A DNA stretch of 64,000 bases from Clostridium butyricum (GTDB lineage: Bacteria; Bacillota; Clostridia; Clostridiales; Clostridiaceae). The stretch spans positions 2,573 through 66,572 of the forward strand of contig SVCE01000014.1 in the NCBI GenBank assembly GCA_015058525.1, read 5' to 3'. The notes below the pieces were generated by a model, which was not told the origin of the DNA, did no database searches, and was given only the letters and a program-made list of their open reading frames with translations. Each line of letters starts with the position of its first letter. Positions within the stretch are counted from its first letter, which is position 1. Shown in pieces: positions 20,568 to 30,850 of this stretch. A program made the translations under genes and the position numbers.

Positions 20568-21005
20568 TTAAAGATGCTTTTTATTTTGAACTAGTTTTTC
20601 AATGTTTTCTACACTATCTTTTATTGTAAAAATAATATTTTCATCAATTCTTAATTTTGTAACATTATTATTTGTTTTAAGCAAGTTTAATGATAAATTA
20701 TTAGGCATTAATTCCTTATATTTTGTAGGTGCAATATTTACAGAAAATTTTTTATTATTTAATCCTGTAATTTTTACAGGTATACTTTCTTTATCTTTGT
20801 TATTAATGCTTAAATCAATAATATTATCCTTACCACCACCACATTTACATGCCGCTTCAGATGGCACTTTCACTATAGATACAGGTCCTGTAATAGTCAT
20901 CCATCCACCACTTAAATTTGATTTAATTAGTATGTCTAATTGGCCTTTTTCCCCTATTGTTTTCAATAACTTTCCAAGCTCATAAACTGTTAATTCTAAA
21001 TTCAT
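20568..21005 (-). CDS. Hypothetical protein
   Basis: 145-aa ORF with SD AGGGG; terminator 20548-20587 overlaps its stop; contains LSGGWMTITG and ACKCGG. Confidence 0.75.
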   Translation of the reverse strand: MNLELTVYELGKLLKTIGEKGQLDILIKSNLSGGWMTITGPVSIVKVPSEAACKCGGGKDNIIDLSINNKDKESIPVKITGLNNKKFSVNIAPTKYKELMPNNLSLNLLKTNNNVTKLRIDENIIFTIKDSVENIEKLVQNKKHL

Positions 21006-21043
21006 AGTTTCAACCCCTGTTTTTCTTAATAATAGTCAATTCA

Positions 21044-22213
21044 TTAATAATAATCCTTAGTATCGATTCCAAGTCCCTTTTTTCTTAATCTTCCTTCTAC
21101 AACTTCTTTTAGTAGTGAATAAACCACAGCAAACAGTGGCACTCCTATTATCATTCCTACAATACCAAGGAACTTTCCTGCAACAAGTATTGCAAAAAGA
21201 ATCCAAAATGCTGAAATCCCAATTGAATCTCCTAAAATCTTTGGTCCTATAAGATTACCATCAAGCTGCTGTATAAAAAGTATTATCACAAGAAACCATA
21301 CGGCTTTCATAGGAGACAAGAATAAAATAATTATAAATGATGGTATAGCACCTATAAATGGCCCAAAAAATGGAATTATATTAGTTATGCCTACAATTAC
21401 TGAAATAAGTATTGTATATGGCATTTTACACACAGTTAATATAAGGAAAGTCAAAACTCCTATTATACATGAATCCACTATTTTTCCCACTAGAAATTTA
21501 CCAAAAGTCATATTACTTCTATGAGTAATTTCTATAGTTTTTTCTGCTGCAAAACTTGGAAGAATAGCATATACTATCTTTTTGCTCAACGCACAAAATC
21601 TTTCTTTATCTATTAATAAGTAAATAGATATAATAAGACCTAATATTATATTCCATATACTAGCTGCTATACTTGTAATTGCTGTTCCTAATACAGGAAG
21701 CAAATTTGAAGCAAACTTAATTATATATTCTATAAACTTATTAAAATTATCATTAATCAACACCATATATTCTTTTCCAATATTCAAATTGTTCAATGTA
21801 TCATTTATAAATTTAGTAGTTTCATTTATATACATAGGTATATCATTAACAAGACCTATTATACTATCAACCAGTTGAGGTAAAACGAATATTATAAATA
21901 GGTATATTATCAAAAATGTAACAATATATGTAATAAATATAGAAATTACCCTTCTACCTTTACTTTTTAATCTAATCTTCTCACAAACAGAATCATTAAT
22001 AACTTTAATTTCAAAAAACTTAAGTACAAAATTTAATATGTATGCAATAGCAAATCCCATTATAAATGGCTGAAGTATTCCTATTACACCACTTATTTTA
22101 CTTAATACTATCCCAATTTGAGATAATGACAAATAAAATAATATTATAGCACATGCTACTATAAACACATATGCGGCAATTGTAGTATATTTATTATTCC
22201 ATTCAATTTTCAT
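21044..22213 (-). CDS. AI-2E (PerM/TqsA) family transporter
   Basis: PFIMGFAIAYIL, NIIPFFGPFIG, QQLDGNLIGPKILG; ATG 22213 with SD GAGG. Confidence 0.9.
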   Translation of the reverse strand: MKIEWNNKYTTIAAYVFIVACAIILFYLSLSQIGIVLSKISGVIGILQPFIMGFAIAYILNFVLKFFEIKVINDSVCEKIRLKSKGRRVISIFITYIVTFLIIYLFIIFVLPQLVDSIIGLVNDIPMYINETTKFINDTLNNLNIGKEYMVLINDNFNKFIEYIIKFASNLLPVLGTAITSIAASIWNIILGLIISIYLLIDKERFCALSKKIVYAILPSFAAEKTIEITHRSNMTFGKFLVGKIVDSCIIGVLTFLILTVCKMPYTILISVIVGITNIIPFFGPFIGAIPSFIIILFLSPMKAVWFLVIILFIQQLDGNLIGPKILGDSIGISAFWILFAILVAGKFLGIVGMIIGVPLFAVVYSLLKEVVEGRLRKKGLGIDTKDYY

Positions 22214-22355
22214 AAAACAACCTCTTTTAATTTTTACTATAATGTAGTTTGTGTAATACACTCATATTTTAATTATAGTTTATTAATAAAAAAATTACCA
22301 ATGCTTTTAAGAATGAATAATAATTTCTTTTCTATTTTAATTTATCTTTTAATAA

Positions 22356-22385
22356 AAAAAAGTCATGAAATTCCATGACTTTTTT
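22356..22385. terminator. udk terminator
   Basis: AAAAAAGTCATG-loop-CATGACTTTTTT. Confidence 0.8.
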
Positions 22386-22398
22386 ATGTATAAATATT

Positions 22399-23019
22399 TT
22401 AATGTTCTAATATGAAACATCTAATTTTTTGAAGAAGCATATTTAATGCAACATCATTAGCTCCACCTTCTGGAATTATTATATCTGCTCTTTTTTTGCT
22501 TGGCTCAACAAACTCTTCATGCATAGGCTTAACTGTTCCTAGATATTGAGTAACTACAGAATCAAGATCTCTTCCTCTTTCCTGAACATCTCTTAATAAT
22601 CTTCTTATTATTCTTACATCAGAATCTGTATCTACAAATACTTTAATATCCATTAAATCACATAATTCTCTATTTTCAAATATTAATATACCTTCAACAA
22701 GAATTACTTTTGCAGGCTTAACTTCAACTGTTTCTTCTAATCTTGTATGTTCAACAAAAGAATAAACGGGATGCTTTATAGTTTTTCCTTCTTTTAAAGT
22801 TTTAAGTTGACTAATTAAAAGATCTGTATCAAAAGAATTTGGGTGATCATAATTAAGTTTTTTTCTTTCTTCTAAAGAAATTCCATTATTAGATTTATAA
22901 TAATAATCATGACAAAGAATAACAATTTCTTCGCCAAAAACATCTTTAATCTTTTGAGCTATTGTAGTCTTACCTGAACCACTTCCACCAGCAATACCTA
23001 TAATCATTACATCTTTCAT
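22399..23019 (-). CDS. udk: Uridine kinase
   Basis: IIGIAGGSGSGKTT, HDYYYK, NYDHP, VEGILIF, RRLLRD, VKPMH. Confidence 0.95.
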   Translation of the reverse strand: MKDVMIIGIAGGSGSGKTTIAQKIKDVFGEEIVILCHDYYYKSNNGISLEERKKLNYDHPNSFDTDLLISQLKTLKEGKTIKHPVYSFVEHTRLEETVEVKPAKVILVEGILIFENRELCDLMDIKVFVDTDSDVRIIRRLLRDVQERGRDLDSVVTQYLGTVKPMHEEFVEPSKKRADIIIPEGGANDVALNMLLQKIRCFILEH

Positions 23020-23278
23020 ATTATCCTCCATTAAATAAGTTACTTAAATATAACTTAATTTATTTATTTTATATGTATAAATACAAATATTTATCAAAAC
23101 TTATTGGTTGTATCAATATACAACATTTTATAACACAGTTATATACATTATAAAATTCACTTATATGATTTTATTATATATTTTGCAAAAAAACAACTCC
23201 TATTAATTATTAGTATAATAAAATACTTAACTATAATAGAAGTTTTTTCAGCATCTTAATTAATTATTTAAATTTAAT

Positions 23279-24076
23279 TTATAAAGCATTATTTTGTTGC
23301 AAATCTGATGATTTCTTATATAGATAAACCGTAAGTTTATCGTCTTTTCCATGTCTATTACTCTTTAACACAACTGCATCAGTTTTTTCTCCATCTTTAT
23401 TTTCATTATCAAAAAATTCTATGGCTCTGTTAATTTTCTTTATTTCACCATCTTCATTTTTGTAAACAAAAGAAAATTTGCCATTTATATCTTTGCAGTA
23501 ATCCTTTACTTTATTTTTGAAATATCCATCATTATTAGAATTATTTTGTTCTATATTACATTTTGCCGGTTCCTCTACCACACTTGTTGGCTTGTATGTT
23601 TTCATTTTAGTTATTAAGTATTCAATTTTTGTAATAAACGTTTCATACTTATCTACCATATAAACTAATTTTTCATATTCCACAACATCTTCACCATATT
23701 TATCTTTAAAGTCTTCAATAAGACCTTGTATCTTTCCTTTATCATAAATTCCTTTATATGCAAGATCTTTTCCTAATATATTAACAATAGAGTTAATATT
23801 TCTATATTTAATAAATTGTAACATCTTAATTAAAAATACCACTGAAGCTATACAACATGGCATAGATATAAGTGGAAAACTTATTAATATAATACTAAAA
23901 AACATTACTAACATAAAGTTTCTGTTTGCATCTTTATATTTTTCAATACCTTCTAATAATTCTGGACTATATGCTAATATCTTGTCCACAATTAACTTCT
24001 TATTTTGTCTATTGATACTTTTGTCAGTACATTCGCTAACCTTTTTTTTTAGTTTCCTCACAAGGTTTTCTTTCAT
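23279..24076 (-). CDS. Hypothetical membrane-anchored protein
   Basis: 265-aa ORF, SD GAGGAGG, one hydrophobic hairpin near residues 53-85. Confidence 0.75.
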   Translation of the reverse strand: MKENLVRKLKKKVSECTDKSINRQNKKLIVDKILAYSPELLEGIEKYKDANRNFMLVMFFSIILISFPLISMPCCIASVVFLIKMLQFIKYRNINSIVNILGKDLAYKGIYDKGKIQGLIEDFKDKYGEDVVEYEKLVYMVDKYETFITKIEYLITKMKTYKPTSVVEEPAKCNIEQNNSNNDGYFKNKVKDYCKDINGKFSFVYKNEDGEIKKINRAIEFFDNENKDGEKTDAVVLKSNRHGKDDKLTVYLYKKSSDLQQNNAL

Positions 24077-24453
24077 TTTACAACCTCCTCTTTTTGTAAT
24101 TATTTACTTTATTTTACAACTGAAATTATTTATTATCAACGTTTCTATTTATATATATCTCTATATTTTTCTTCATATTGTTTTAAACTTCAATTTGAAG
24201 TTCAATATTTGTATATCAATTATTTTATTATTTTGTCTGTTTTTCTCTTTATTTTTGTTGCAATTTTATTTATTAAATTTAATATACATATATCAATTTA
24301 TACATTTTATAACTAACTGTGAATATGTAAAAAATATCATTGAAATAATAATAAAAAATATATGAATCATTTATATGTGTAGTATTGAAATGCTATTATT
24401 AGAGTTTTTATTGATGTGAAAAAATTAAAGAATTTATTACTAAATATAAAATA

Positions 24454-24483
24454 AAAGCTATAAAAGTAACCTTTTATAGCTTT
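24454..24483 (-). terminator. Terminator after zinc-ribbon gene
   Basis: AAAGCTATAAAAG-TAAC-CTTTTATAGCTTT. Confidence 0.8.
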
Positions 24484-24497
24484 GCTAACAATTTTAA

Positions 24498-24656
24498 TTA
24501 TTTATTGTTATTTCTTTGTTGTTTTCTTGCTCTTCTACAATCTGGACATCTAACTGGATCATTTTCAAATCCTTTTTCTTTATAGAATTCTTGTTCTCCT
24601 ACTGTGAATACGAATTCTTTTCCACAATCTTTACATACAATAGTCTTATCTTCCAT
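24498..24656 (-). CDS. Small zinc-ribbon (zf-trcl-like) protein, 52 aa
   Basis: Manual translation MEDKTIVCKDCGKEFVFTVGEQEFYKEKGFENDPVRCPDCRRARKQQRNNNK; SD GGAGG; below the ORF-track cutoff. Confidence 0.93.
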   Translation of the reverse strand: MEDKTIVCKDCGKEFVFTVGEQEFYKEKGFENDPVRCPDCRRARKQQRNNNK

Positions 24657-24957
24657 TTTACAATTCCTCCAAATACAAAGACTTAGTTAACTAATACTTT
24701 CCCATAAGGAGAAATCTTAATATAATTAAATCTTGTTTTTAATATTTTTTTGTTCCTTTGGAACATTTTTAGTATATCATCAAATTAAAACAATTACAAT
24801 ACTTTATTTTTATATTTTTAAACAATTTTCAGAAGATTTCTAATTTTTTTGACATTTATTATTTTATTTCTGTTTTTAAAATGATCAACACTTTTATTTA
24901 TAAATAACATTATACCATCTACAACTTCAAAAATTATTATATAAAAATGACATTACA

Positions 24958-25314
24958 TTATTTTACCAAGTCAATACTTTTAGTAGCCACAATATCTACC
25001 CCTGTATCTAATACGTTTTTTATTATCACATCACCAATTTCAACAGGTGCTTTTATTGTAATCTTATTAATTTCCTCCATACACTTAAAATTCAATTCTT
25101 TTGGAATATATCCTTTTGTCTTTACTGGAATTACTGGAAATGATCCATTTTCAACTTTTACTGTTGATGTTATTACTCTTACAGGATGAGTCACTTCACT
25201 AATTCCATACTCCTCTCCTCTCTTACACTTATTTCCTCTAATTTCCCTATTATCTATATCTACTTTTAAATGACACCCATTAGGACAGCATATACAAATT
25301 AATTCCTTTTCCAT
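24958..25314 (-). CDS. DUF1667/CxxC small Fe-S subunit of a G3P dehydrogenase-like complex
   Basis: CICCPNGC, GNKCKRG, PVRVITSTV. Confidence 0.85.
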   Translation of the reverse strand: MEKELICICCPNGCHLKVDIDNREIRGNKCKRGEEYGISEVTHPVRVITSTVKVENGSFPVIPVKTKGYIPKELNFKCMEEINKITIKAPVEIGDVIIKNVLDTGVDIVATKSIDLVK

Positions 25315-25345
25315 ATTATCCTCCTATATTAGCTGCTACTTATAA

Positions 25346-26617
25346 TTATTGCATGTTATCTTCAAGTGAAATAGTAATATTTCCATTAATCTTATTAAGT
25401 ATTTTTTTTGGCAAAATTACTTTTTCCATTTCTGATGGTGCTAAATATTCTCTCTTAAACTTAGCTATTACCTCTTTACCACATCTAACTACAAGTACTT
25501 TATTATGATAAATATTATTTACTCTCATAAATATAGTTAATTTATCTGATACTGCATCTATATTCAATCTTTGAGGCAAAGTATAATTTATATTTGCTCC
25601 ATTTACTATATTTACATAATGCTCTCTATTAAGTTGTCCTTTAATATATTTAGCTGCAGATTCACCTGCATTTTTAGATTCTTCAGTAACAAAATCTACA
25701 AGATCATGTACATGAACTACATTCCCACATGCAAATATTCCTTCTGCCGATGTTTCCATACTTTCACTTACTTTTAATCCATTTGTTCTTTTATCAAGTT
25801 CAAGTCCTACATTATGAGAAAGTTCATTTTCCGGAATAAGTCCTACTGATAATAATAATGTATCAACATTAAATTCTATTTCTGTACCCTTTATATAACG
25901 TTTATTTTCATCAACTTTTGCAATTATTACTTTTTCTACTCTTTCCTTACCTACTATATCAACTACTGTATATGATAAATATAGTGGAATATCATAATCA
26001 TTTAAGCATTGTACTATGTTTCTTTTTAATCCATTAGAGTATGGACATAATTCAACTACAGCTTTTACTTCTGCCCCTTCAAGAGTCATTCTCCTTGCCA
26101 TTATAAGTCCAATATCACCTGATCCTAATATAAGCACCTTTTTCCCAGGCATATATCCCTCTACATTTATATACCTTTGAGCTGTTCCAGCTGTAAATAC
26201 TCCTGCTGGTCTGTCTCCTGGAATATTTATAGCACCTCTTGTCCTTTCTCTGCAACCCATTGCTAATATTATTGCTTTGGTTTTTAATTCCATATAGCCT
26301 TCTTTACTATTTATAGCATGTACAGTTTTATCTTTTTCTATATCTAATACCATAGTGTCTAATTTTACTTCAATGTTTGTGTTATTTACCATTTTTATAA
26401 ATCTATCTGCATATTCTGGTCCTGTTAATTCTTCCTTAAATGTATGAATACCAAATCCATTGTGAATACATTGATTTAATATTCCGCCTAATTCCTTATC
26501 TCTTTCTAAAATCAATATATTCTTTACTCCATTTTTATATGCTTCATAGGCAGCTGCAAGTCCAGCAGGACCTCCACCAACTACTATTAATTCATAATCC
26601 CTCACATTCATCTTCAT
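25346..26617 (-). CDS. NAD(P)/FAD-dependent oxidoreductase
   Basis: GGGPAG, GGILNQCIHNGFG, MGCRER, GSGDIGLIMARR, FACGNVVHVHDLVD. Confidence 0.9.
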   Translation of the reverse strand: MKMNVRDYELIVVGGGPAGLAAAYEAYKNGVKNILILERDKELGGILNQCIHNGFGIHTFKEELTGPEYADRFIKMVNNTNIEVKLDTMVLDIEKDKTVHAINSKEGYMELKTKAIILAMGCRERTRGAINIPGDRPAGVFTAGTAQRYINVEGYMPGKKVLILGSGDIGLIMARRMTLEGAEVKAVVELCPYSNGLKRNIVQCLNDYDIPLYLSYTVVDIVGKERVEKVIIAKVDENKRYIKGTEIEFNVDTLLLSVGLIPENELSHNVGLELDKRTNGLKVSESMETSAEGIFACGNVVHVHDLVDFVTEESKNAGESAAKYIKGQLNREHYVNIVNGANINYTLPQRLNIDAVSDKLTIFMRVNNIYHNKVLVVRCGKEVIAKFKREYLAPSEMEKVILPKKILNKINGNITISLEDNMQ

Positions 26618-26620
26618 TTT

Positions 26621-26736
26621 TATCAGCTATAATGATGATTTTGAAATTGCTTTATTCTGCAGTCTTTAAATAATAAAAATTTGTCAAATGTGTCTCAAAT
26701 ATTCTCAATTGAATTTCTCCATCAACTCTACTGATA
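26621..26736. mobile_element. Putative degenerate MITE-like hairpin element
   Basis: Ends TATCAG-N7-GATG and its inverse (including possible TA target duplication); inner GAAATT/AATTTC pairing; sits between SD and ATG. Confidence 0.4.
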
Positions 26737-26774
26737 TCCTCCCTTCCATTACTATATTTCAACTTTATTTCCTA

Positions 26775-28202
26775 CTATTTTGTTTTTCCAAATAATATAT
26801 ATGAACCACTCTTATCAAGAACTACATCATCAAAAGGAATATTATATTCTCTTGCTATTATTTCCTGCACTCTTGGTCCACAGAATCCACCTTGGCATCT
26901 TCCCATTCCCGGTCTGCATCTTCTCTTTATTCCATCTATCGAAAGAACTCCAAAGCTCCTATGAATTGCATCTACTATTTCACCTTCTGTTATATTTTCA
27001 CATCTACATATTATTCTTCCATACTGAGGATTTTTCTTTATTAATTTAGCTTTTTCACTATTTGATAATTCCATAAACTTAATTTGTTCTCTTTTTCCAT
27101 TAAAGTTAGAATTCTTTTCTAGTTTACAACCAGCATTTTTAAGAATTTCAATAACATCTACAGCAATAGCTGGTGCTGAAGACAAGCCTGGAGATTTCAT
27201 CCCCGCAACATCTATAAATCTTTTTACTTTATTATTTTCTTCTACTATAAAATCTCCTGTACTAGGCTGAGCCCTAAGACCTGCAAAATTTCTAATCGTA
27301 TCTCCAAAATTAATTTTTTTAGTTATTCTCAACAAAGATTCTTTTACTGCATTAAGACCTTCTCCAGTTGTTCCTAAGTCTTCTTTATCATCTATATTAA
27401 TAGCATCTGGTCCTACAAGAAGATTTCCATTGACTGTAGGCGTTACTAATACACCTTTTCCAAATTTTGATGGACATTGGAATATTATATGTTCCACTAC
27501 AGCCCCTTGACTTTTATCAAGTACAAAATATTCTCCACTTATGGGATTTATCTTAAAGCTTTCCTGACAAATCATATTATGAATTTTATCTGCATACACT
27601 CCTGCTGCATTTATTAAAAATCTACTTTCAACAACTTCTCCATCTTTTAAAAATATTTTGAAGTTATCATCTTTTTCAATTTTAATTACTTCTTTATCAA
27701 GTTTTATTTCACCGCCATTTTGTACACCATTCTCCACTAAAGCAATTGTAAATTCAAATGGTCCTACAATTCCTCCAGTTGGTGCAAATAATCCCCCTTT
27801 TATTTCTTGATTTAAATTAGGTTCCATTTCCAACACTTCATCTCTACTTAGAATCTTCAAACCTATTACGCCATTTTTATTCCCATTGTTATAAAGATAT
27901 TCTATTGTTTTCATATCGTTATCATCAAATCCAATTACAAGAGAGCCATTCCTCTTAAAAGGCACATTCAATTCCCTACATATATCTTCAAACATTTCAT
28001 TGCCTTTTACATTATATTTTGCCATAAGTGTTCCATGTTTTGGATCATAACCTGCATGAACTATAGCTGAGTTAGCTTTGCTTGTCCCCATTGATACATC
28101 TCTTTCTTTTTCTAATATAGCTACTTTTAAATTGTATTTAGTCAATTCTCTAAATATTGAACTTCCTATTACTCCCGCCCCAATTATTACCACATCATAC
28201 AT
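26775..28202 (-). CDS. FAD-dependent glycerol-3-phosphate dehydrogenase-like oxidoreductase (GlpA/LhgO-like) with BFD-like [2Fe-2S] domain
   Basis: IIGAGVIG, GTSKANSAIVHAGYD, ICRCE, RPGMGRCQGGFC; ATG 28202 with SD GGAGGGG. Confidence 0.88.
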   Translation of the reverse strand: MYDVVIIGAGVIGSSIFRELTKYNLKVAILEKERDVSMGTSKANSAIVHAGYDPKHGTLMAKYNVKGNEMFEDICRELNVPFKRNGSLVIGFDDNDMKTIEYLYNNGNKNGVIGLKILSRDEVLEMEPNLNQEIKGGLFAPTGGIVGPFEFTIALVENGVQNGGEIKLDKEVIKIEKDDNFKIFLKDGEVVESRFLINAAGVYADKIHNMICQESFKINPISGEYFVLDKSQGAVVEHIIFQCPSKFGKGVLVTPTVNGNLLVGPDAINIDDKEDLGTTGEGLNAVKESLLRITKKINFGDTIRNFAGLRAQPSTGDFIVEENNKVKRFIDVAGMKSPGLSSAPAIAVDVIEILKNAGCKLEKNSNFNGKREQIKFMELSNSEKAKLIKKNPQYGRIICRCENITEGEIVDAIHRSFGVLSIDGIKRRCRPGMGRCQGGFCGPRVQEIIAREYNIPFDDVVLDKSGSYILFGKTK

Positions 28203-28377
28203 ATTACCCCTCCTTATTATATGCAAAAAGCTAAGTACCAGCGTTTATCAACATTTATATCTTATCAATTCCCTATACACTGTAAATAACCAAAAAACTA
28301 TCTTAATAAATTATTTATACTTACTCCTCATTACTTCAATTTCTAGTACATTGATTAAACAACCATTTTTTAACTTA

Positions 28378-28406
28378 ATCATTCCACAAAAGGAAATTGT
28401 TGTCAA
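28378..28406 (-). promoter_or_regulatory. SigA promoter of the oxidoreductase operon
   Basis: TTGACA-17-AATGAT with TG extension; about 170-nt leader. Confidence 0.55.
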
Positions 28407-28413
28407 TCAGGTT

Positions 28414-29205
28414 TTAACAATTCATATAAAAATTTAATAATTCTACTTCATTAGTAATAATACTATCTGCACCAGCCTCTATTACACTTTTTATTTCTTC
28501 TTCAGTATTCACTGTATAAGGATTTATTTTTATTCCTGCCTCTCTTATTCGCTTATTATATTTTTTGTTCAATATACTTGGAAAAAATGGATGATAACAT
28601 TGAACACCTATATAATTCAAATATTTAGGTACATTGGCTAATGTAGAATCTGTAAGCGCTCCTAGAATTATATTTTTATCCATCTTTCTTATTTTCACAA
28701 GACTCATATGATTAAATGAAGATATTATAATTTTATCTTTCAATCCAAATTCATTTATCATATCTAAAACTTTTTCTTCCATTCCCTCATATTCAAAAAT
28801 GCTATTCTTCAACTCTAAATTAAGTATTTTAAGATTTGATGATACCACAAGTTTAAATAATTCTCTTAATGATGGAATTTCTTCACCTTCACTATTCTTA
28901 AAATAATCTATTTCTTCCTTAGTATAGTTTTCTTCATATTTTTCTTTTCTAGCAACTACACTTCCTACACTTTTAGTTCTAAATTTTTTTAGTTCTTCAA
29001 AAGTATAATCCTTTAAAAATCCATATCCATCAGTTGTCCTATCTAATGTTTCATCATGCATAATTACTGGGATTCCATCCTTTGAAAGCTGTACGTCAGT
29101 TTCTATTCCATCTGCACCATATTCTATTGCTTTTTTAAATGCAATCATTGTATTTTCATCAAACTTTCCACTATATCCCCTATGAGCTATATTTAAAATT
29201 TTCAT
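28414..29205 (-). CDS. Glycerophosphodiester phosphodiesterase (GlpQ/UgpQ family)
   Basis: IAHRG, ENTMIAF, ETDVQLSKDG, MHDETLDRTT, NLELK, SSFNH. Confidence 0.93.
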   Translation of the reverse strand: MKILNIAHRGYSGKFDENTMIAFKKAIEYGADGIETDVQLSKDGIPVIMHDETLDRTTDGYGFLKDYTFEELKKFRTKSVGSVVARKEKYEENYTKEEIDYFKNSEGEEIPSLRELFKLVVSSNLKILNLELKNSIFEYEGMEEKVLDMINEFGLKDKIIISSFNHMSLVKIRKMDKNIILGALTDSTLANVPKYLNYIGVQCYHPFFPSILNKKYNKRIREAGIKINPYTVNTEEEIKSVIEAGADSIITNEVELLNFYMNC

Positions 29206-29285
29206 ATTTAATCCTTCCCTCTCTACTATAACTAAATATAATAACAAATTATGTTATTAATCTATTTTTAACACATATTTTTTAA

Positions 29286-29324
29286 ATTAAATAGGTCATA
29301 CAAATTCAGTATGACCTATTTAAT
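29286..29324. terminator. hom terminator
   Basis: ATTAAATAGGTCATAC...GTATGACCTATTTAAT, perfect 16-bp inverted repeat. Confidence 0.8.
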
Positions 29325-29336
29325 ATAATTAATATG

Positions 29337-30638
29337 CTATTTTTCTTTAAAATCTTCAATTCTTATTATATTATCTATTTCTTTAACTCCATTAAGCTTC
29401 TTTATTTCCCTTATTGAATCCATAAACTGTTTTTCATAAGTTTTATGAGTTACAAGTACAATTGTTACAAACCCATCTTCTTCTTCACCTTTTTGAATTA
29501 CTGAACGTAAACTTACATTATTCTTACCAAGAAGAGCTGTTATCTGGCTTAACACACCAGGTTTATCTAAAACTGTAGCTCTTAAATAATATTTACTTTC
29601 AATAGTACTTATATCAACAATTTCTCTTTTCCATAGGTTATTTTTAACTACTGGATTTTCATTTTCTGTATTAACATTACTTCTTACAATAGATACTATA
29701 TCACTTACAACTGCACTTCCTGTAGGAAGATCTCCTGCCCCTCTTCCATAAAACATCAAATCCCCTACAGCATTTCCTTTAATAAATACAGCATTATATG
29801 AATCATACACATTAGCTAAAGGATGCTTCTTTGGAATCATTGTTGGATGCACTCTAAGCTGAACCTTTCCATTAACTTCTTTTGCTATAGCCAAAAGTTT
29901 TATAGCCATTTTTAATTCACTTGCATATTTCATATCTACAGCTTGTATTTTAGTTATACCTTCTCTATATACATTTTTAACATCAATTTTAGTACCAAAT
30001 GCTAATGAAGCAAGTATTGCAAGCTTATATTGTGCATCGTAGCTTTCAATATCAGAAGTTGGATTTGCTTCTGCATATCCTTTTTCTTGTGCCTCTTTTA
30101 ATACATCATCAAAGGCTGCTCCTTCTGTTTCCATCTTACTTAAAATATAATTTGTAGTACCATTTACTATCCCATATAAAGTTTCAATTTTATTAGCAGT
30201 AAGACTTTCATCTATTCCTTTAATTATTGGAATTCCACCAGCTACACTTGCTTCATATTGAAACATTATTCCCAATTCATCTGCCTTCTGAAATAATTCA
30301 TCTCCTCCAGTGGCAAGAAGCATTTTATTTGCAGTAACTATATGTTTTTTCTTATCCATACATTTAAGAATATATTCTCTAGCAGATTCCGTTCCTCCCA
30401 TAACTTCAACAACAATTTTAATACTGTCATCATTAAGAATTTCATTAAAATCAGTTGTAATTATATTATCAGGAATTTTAACTGCTCTCTTTTTATTTTT
30501 GTTTCTTACAAGAACCTTAGCTATTTCAACTTCATATCCACATCTTTTACTTACTTCTTCTTTATTTGAATTTAATATCATCCATACACCACGACCAACA
30601 TTCCCCAATCCTAGTAGTGCTATCTTTATCTTTTTCAT
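29337..30638 (-). CDS. hom: Homoserine dehydrogenase with ACT domain
   Basis: GLGNVG, VTANK, YEASVAGGIP, NGTTNYIL, GYAEA, GRGAG, C-terminal DKPGVL ACT domain. Confidence 0.97.
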   Translation of the reverse strand: MKKIKIALLGLGNVGRGVWMILNSNKEEVSKRCGYEVEIAKVLVRNKNKKRAVKIPDNIITTDFNEILNDDSIKIVVEVMGGTESAREYILKCMDKKKHIVTANKMLLATGGDELFQKADELGIMFQYEASVAGGIPIIKGIDESLTANKIETLYGIVNGTTNYILSKMETEGAAFDDVLKEAQEKGYAEANPTSDIESYDAQYKLAILASLAFGTKIDVKNVYREGITKIQAVDMKYASELKMAIKLLAIAKEVNGKVQLRVHPTMIPKKHPLANVYDSYNAVFIKGNAVGDLMFYGRGAGDLPTGSAVVSDIVSIVRSNVNTENENPVVKNNLWKREIVDISTIESKYYLRATVLDKPGVLSQITALLGKNNVSLRSVIQKGEEEDGFVTIVLVTHKTYEKQFMDSIREIKKLNGVKEIDNIIRIEDFKEK

Positions 30639-30755
30639 GTTCTGCCCCCTTAAATATTTACTTAAAAATAATATTATTCTAGTTAATTATAATTCCAATT
30701 ATAATATTTTGCTATATTTTTAAAAATTTTTATTAATTTAATAATTTTATATACA

Positions 30756-30850
30756 ATAGAAAACACTTTCAAATAAAGTTGAAAGTGTCTAATGAACCAT
30801 TTTTTAAACAATGTTTATGTAAAAACAATCCTGTTGTAACTGCAATTACT
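30756..30850 (-). ncRNA. Candidate ~90-nt sRNA or attenuated leader
   Basis: TTGAAA-17-TATAAA (30886-30858), then ACACTTTCAA/TTGAAAGTGT hairpin plus TTTTC; upstream gene has its own terminator. Confidence 0.4.

Noticed and set aside
23982..24365. 127-aa plus-strand ORF
   Set aside because: Low-complexity translation of AT-rich intergenic DNA, overlaps a real gene start, no SD
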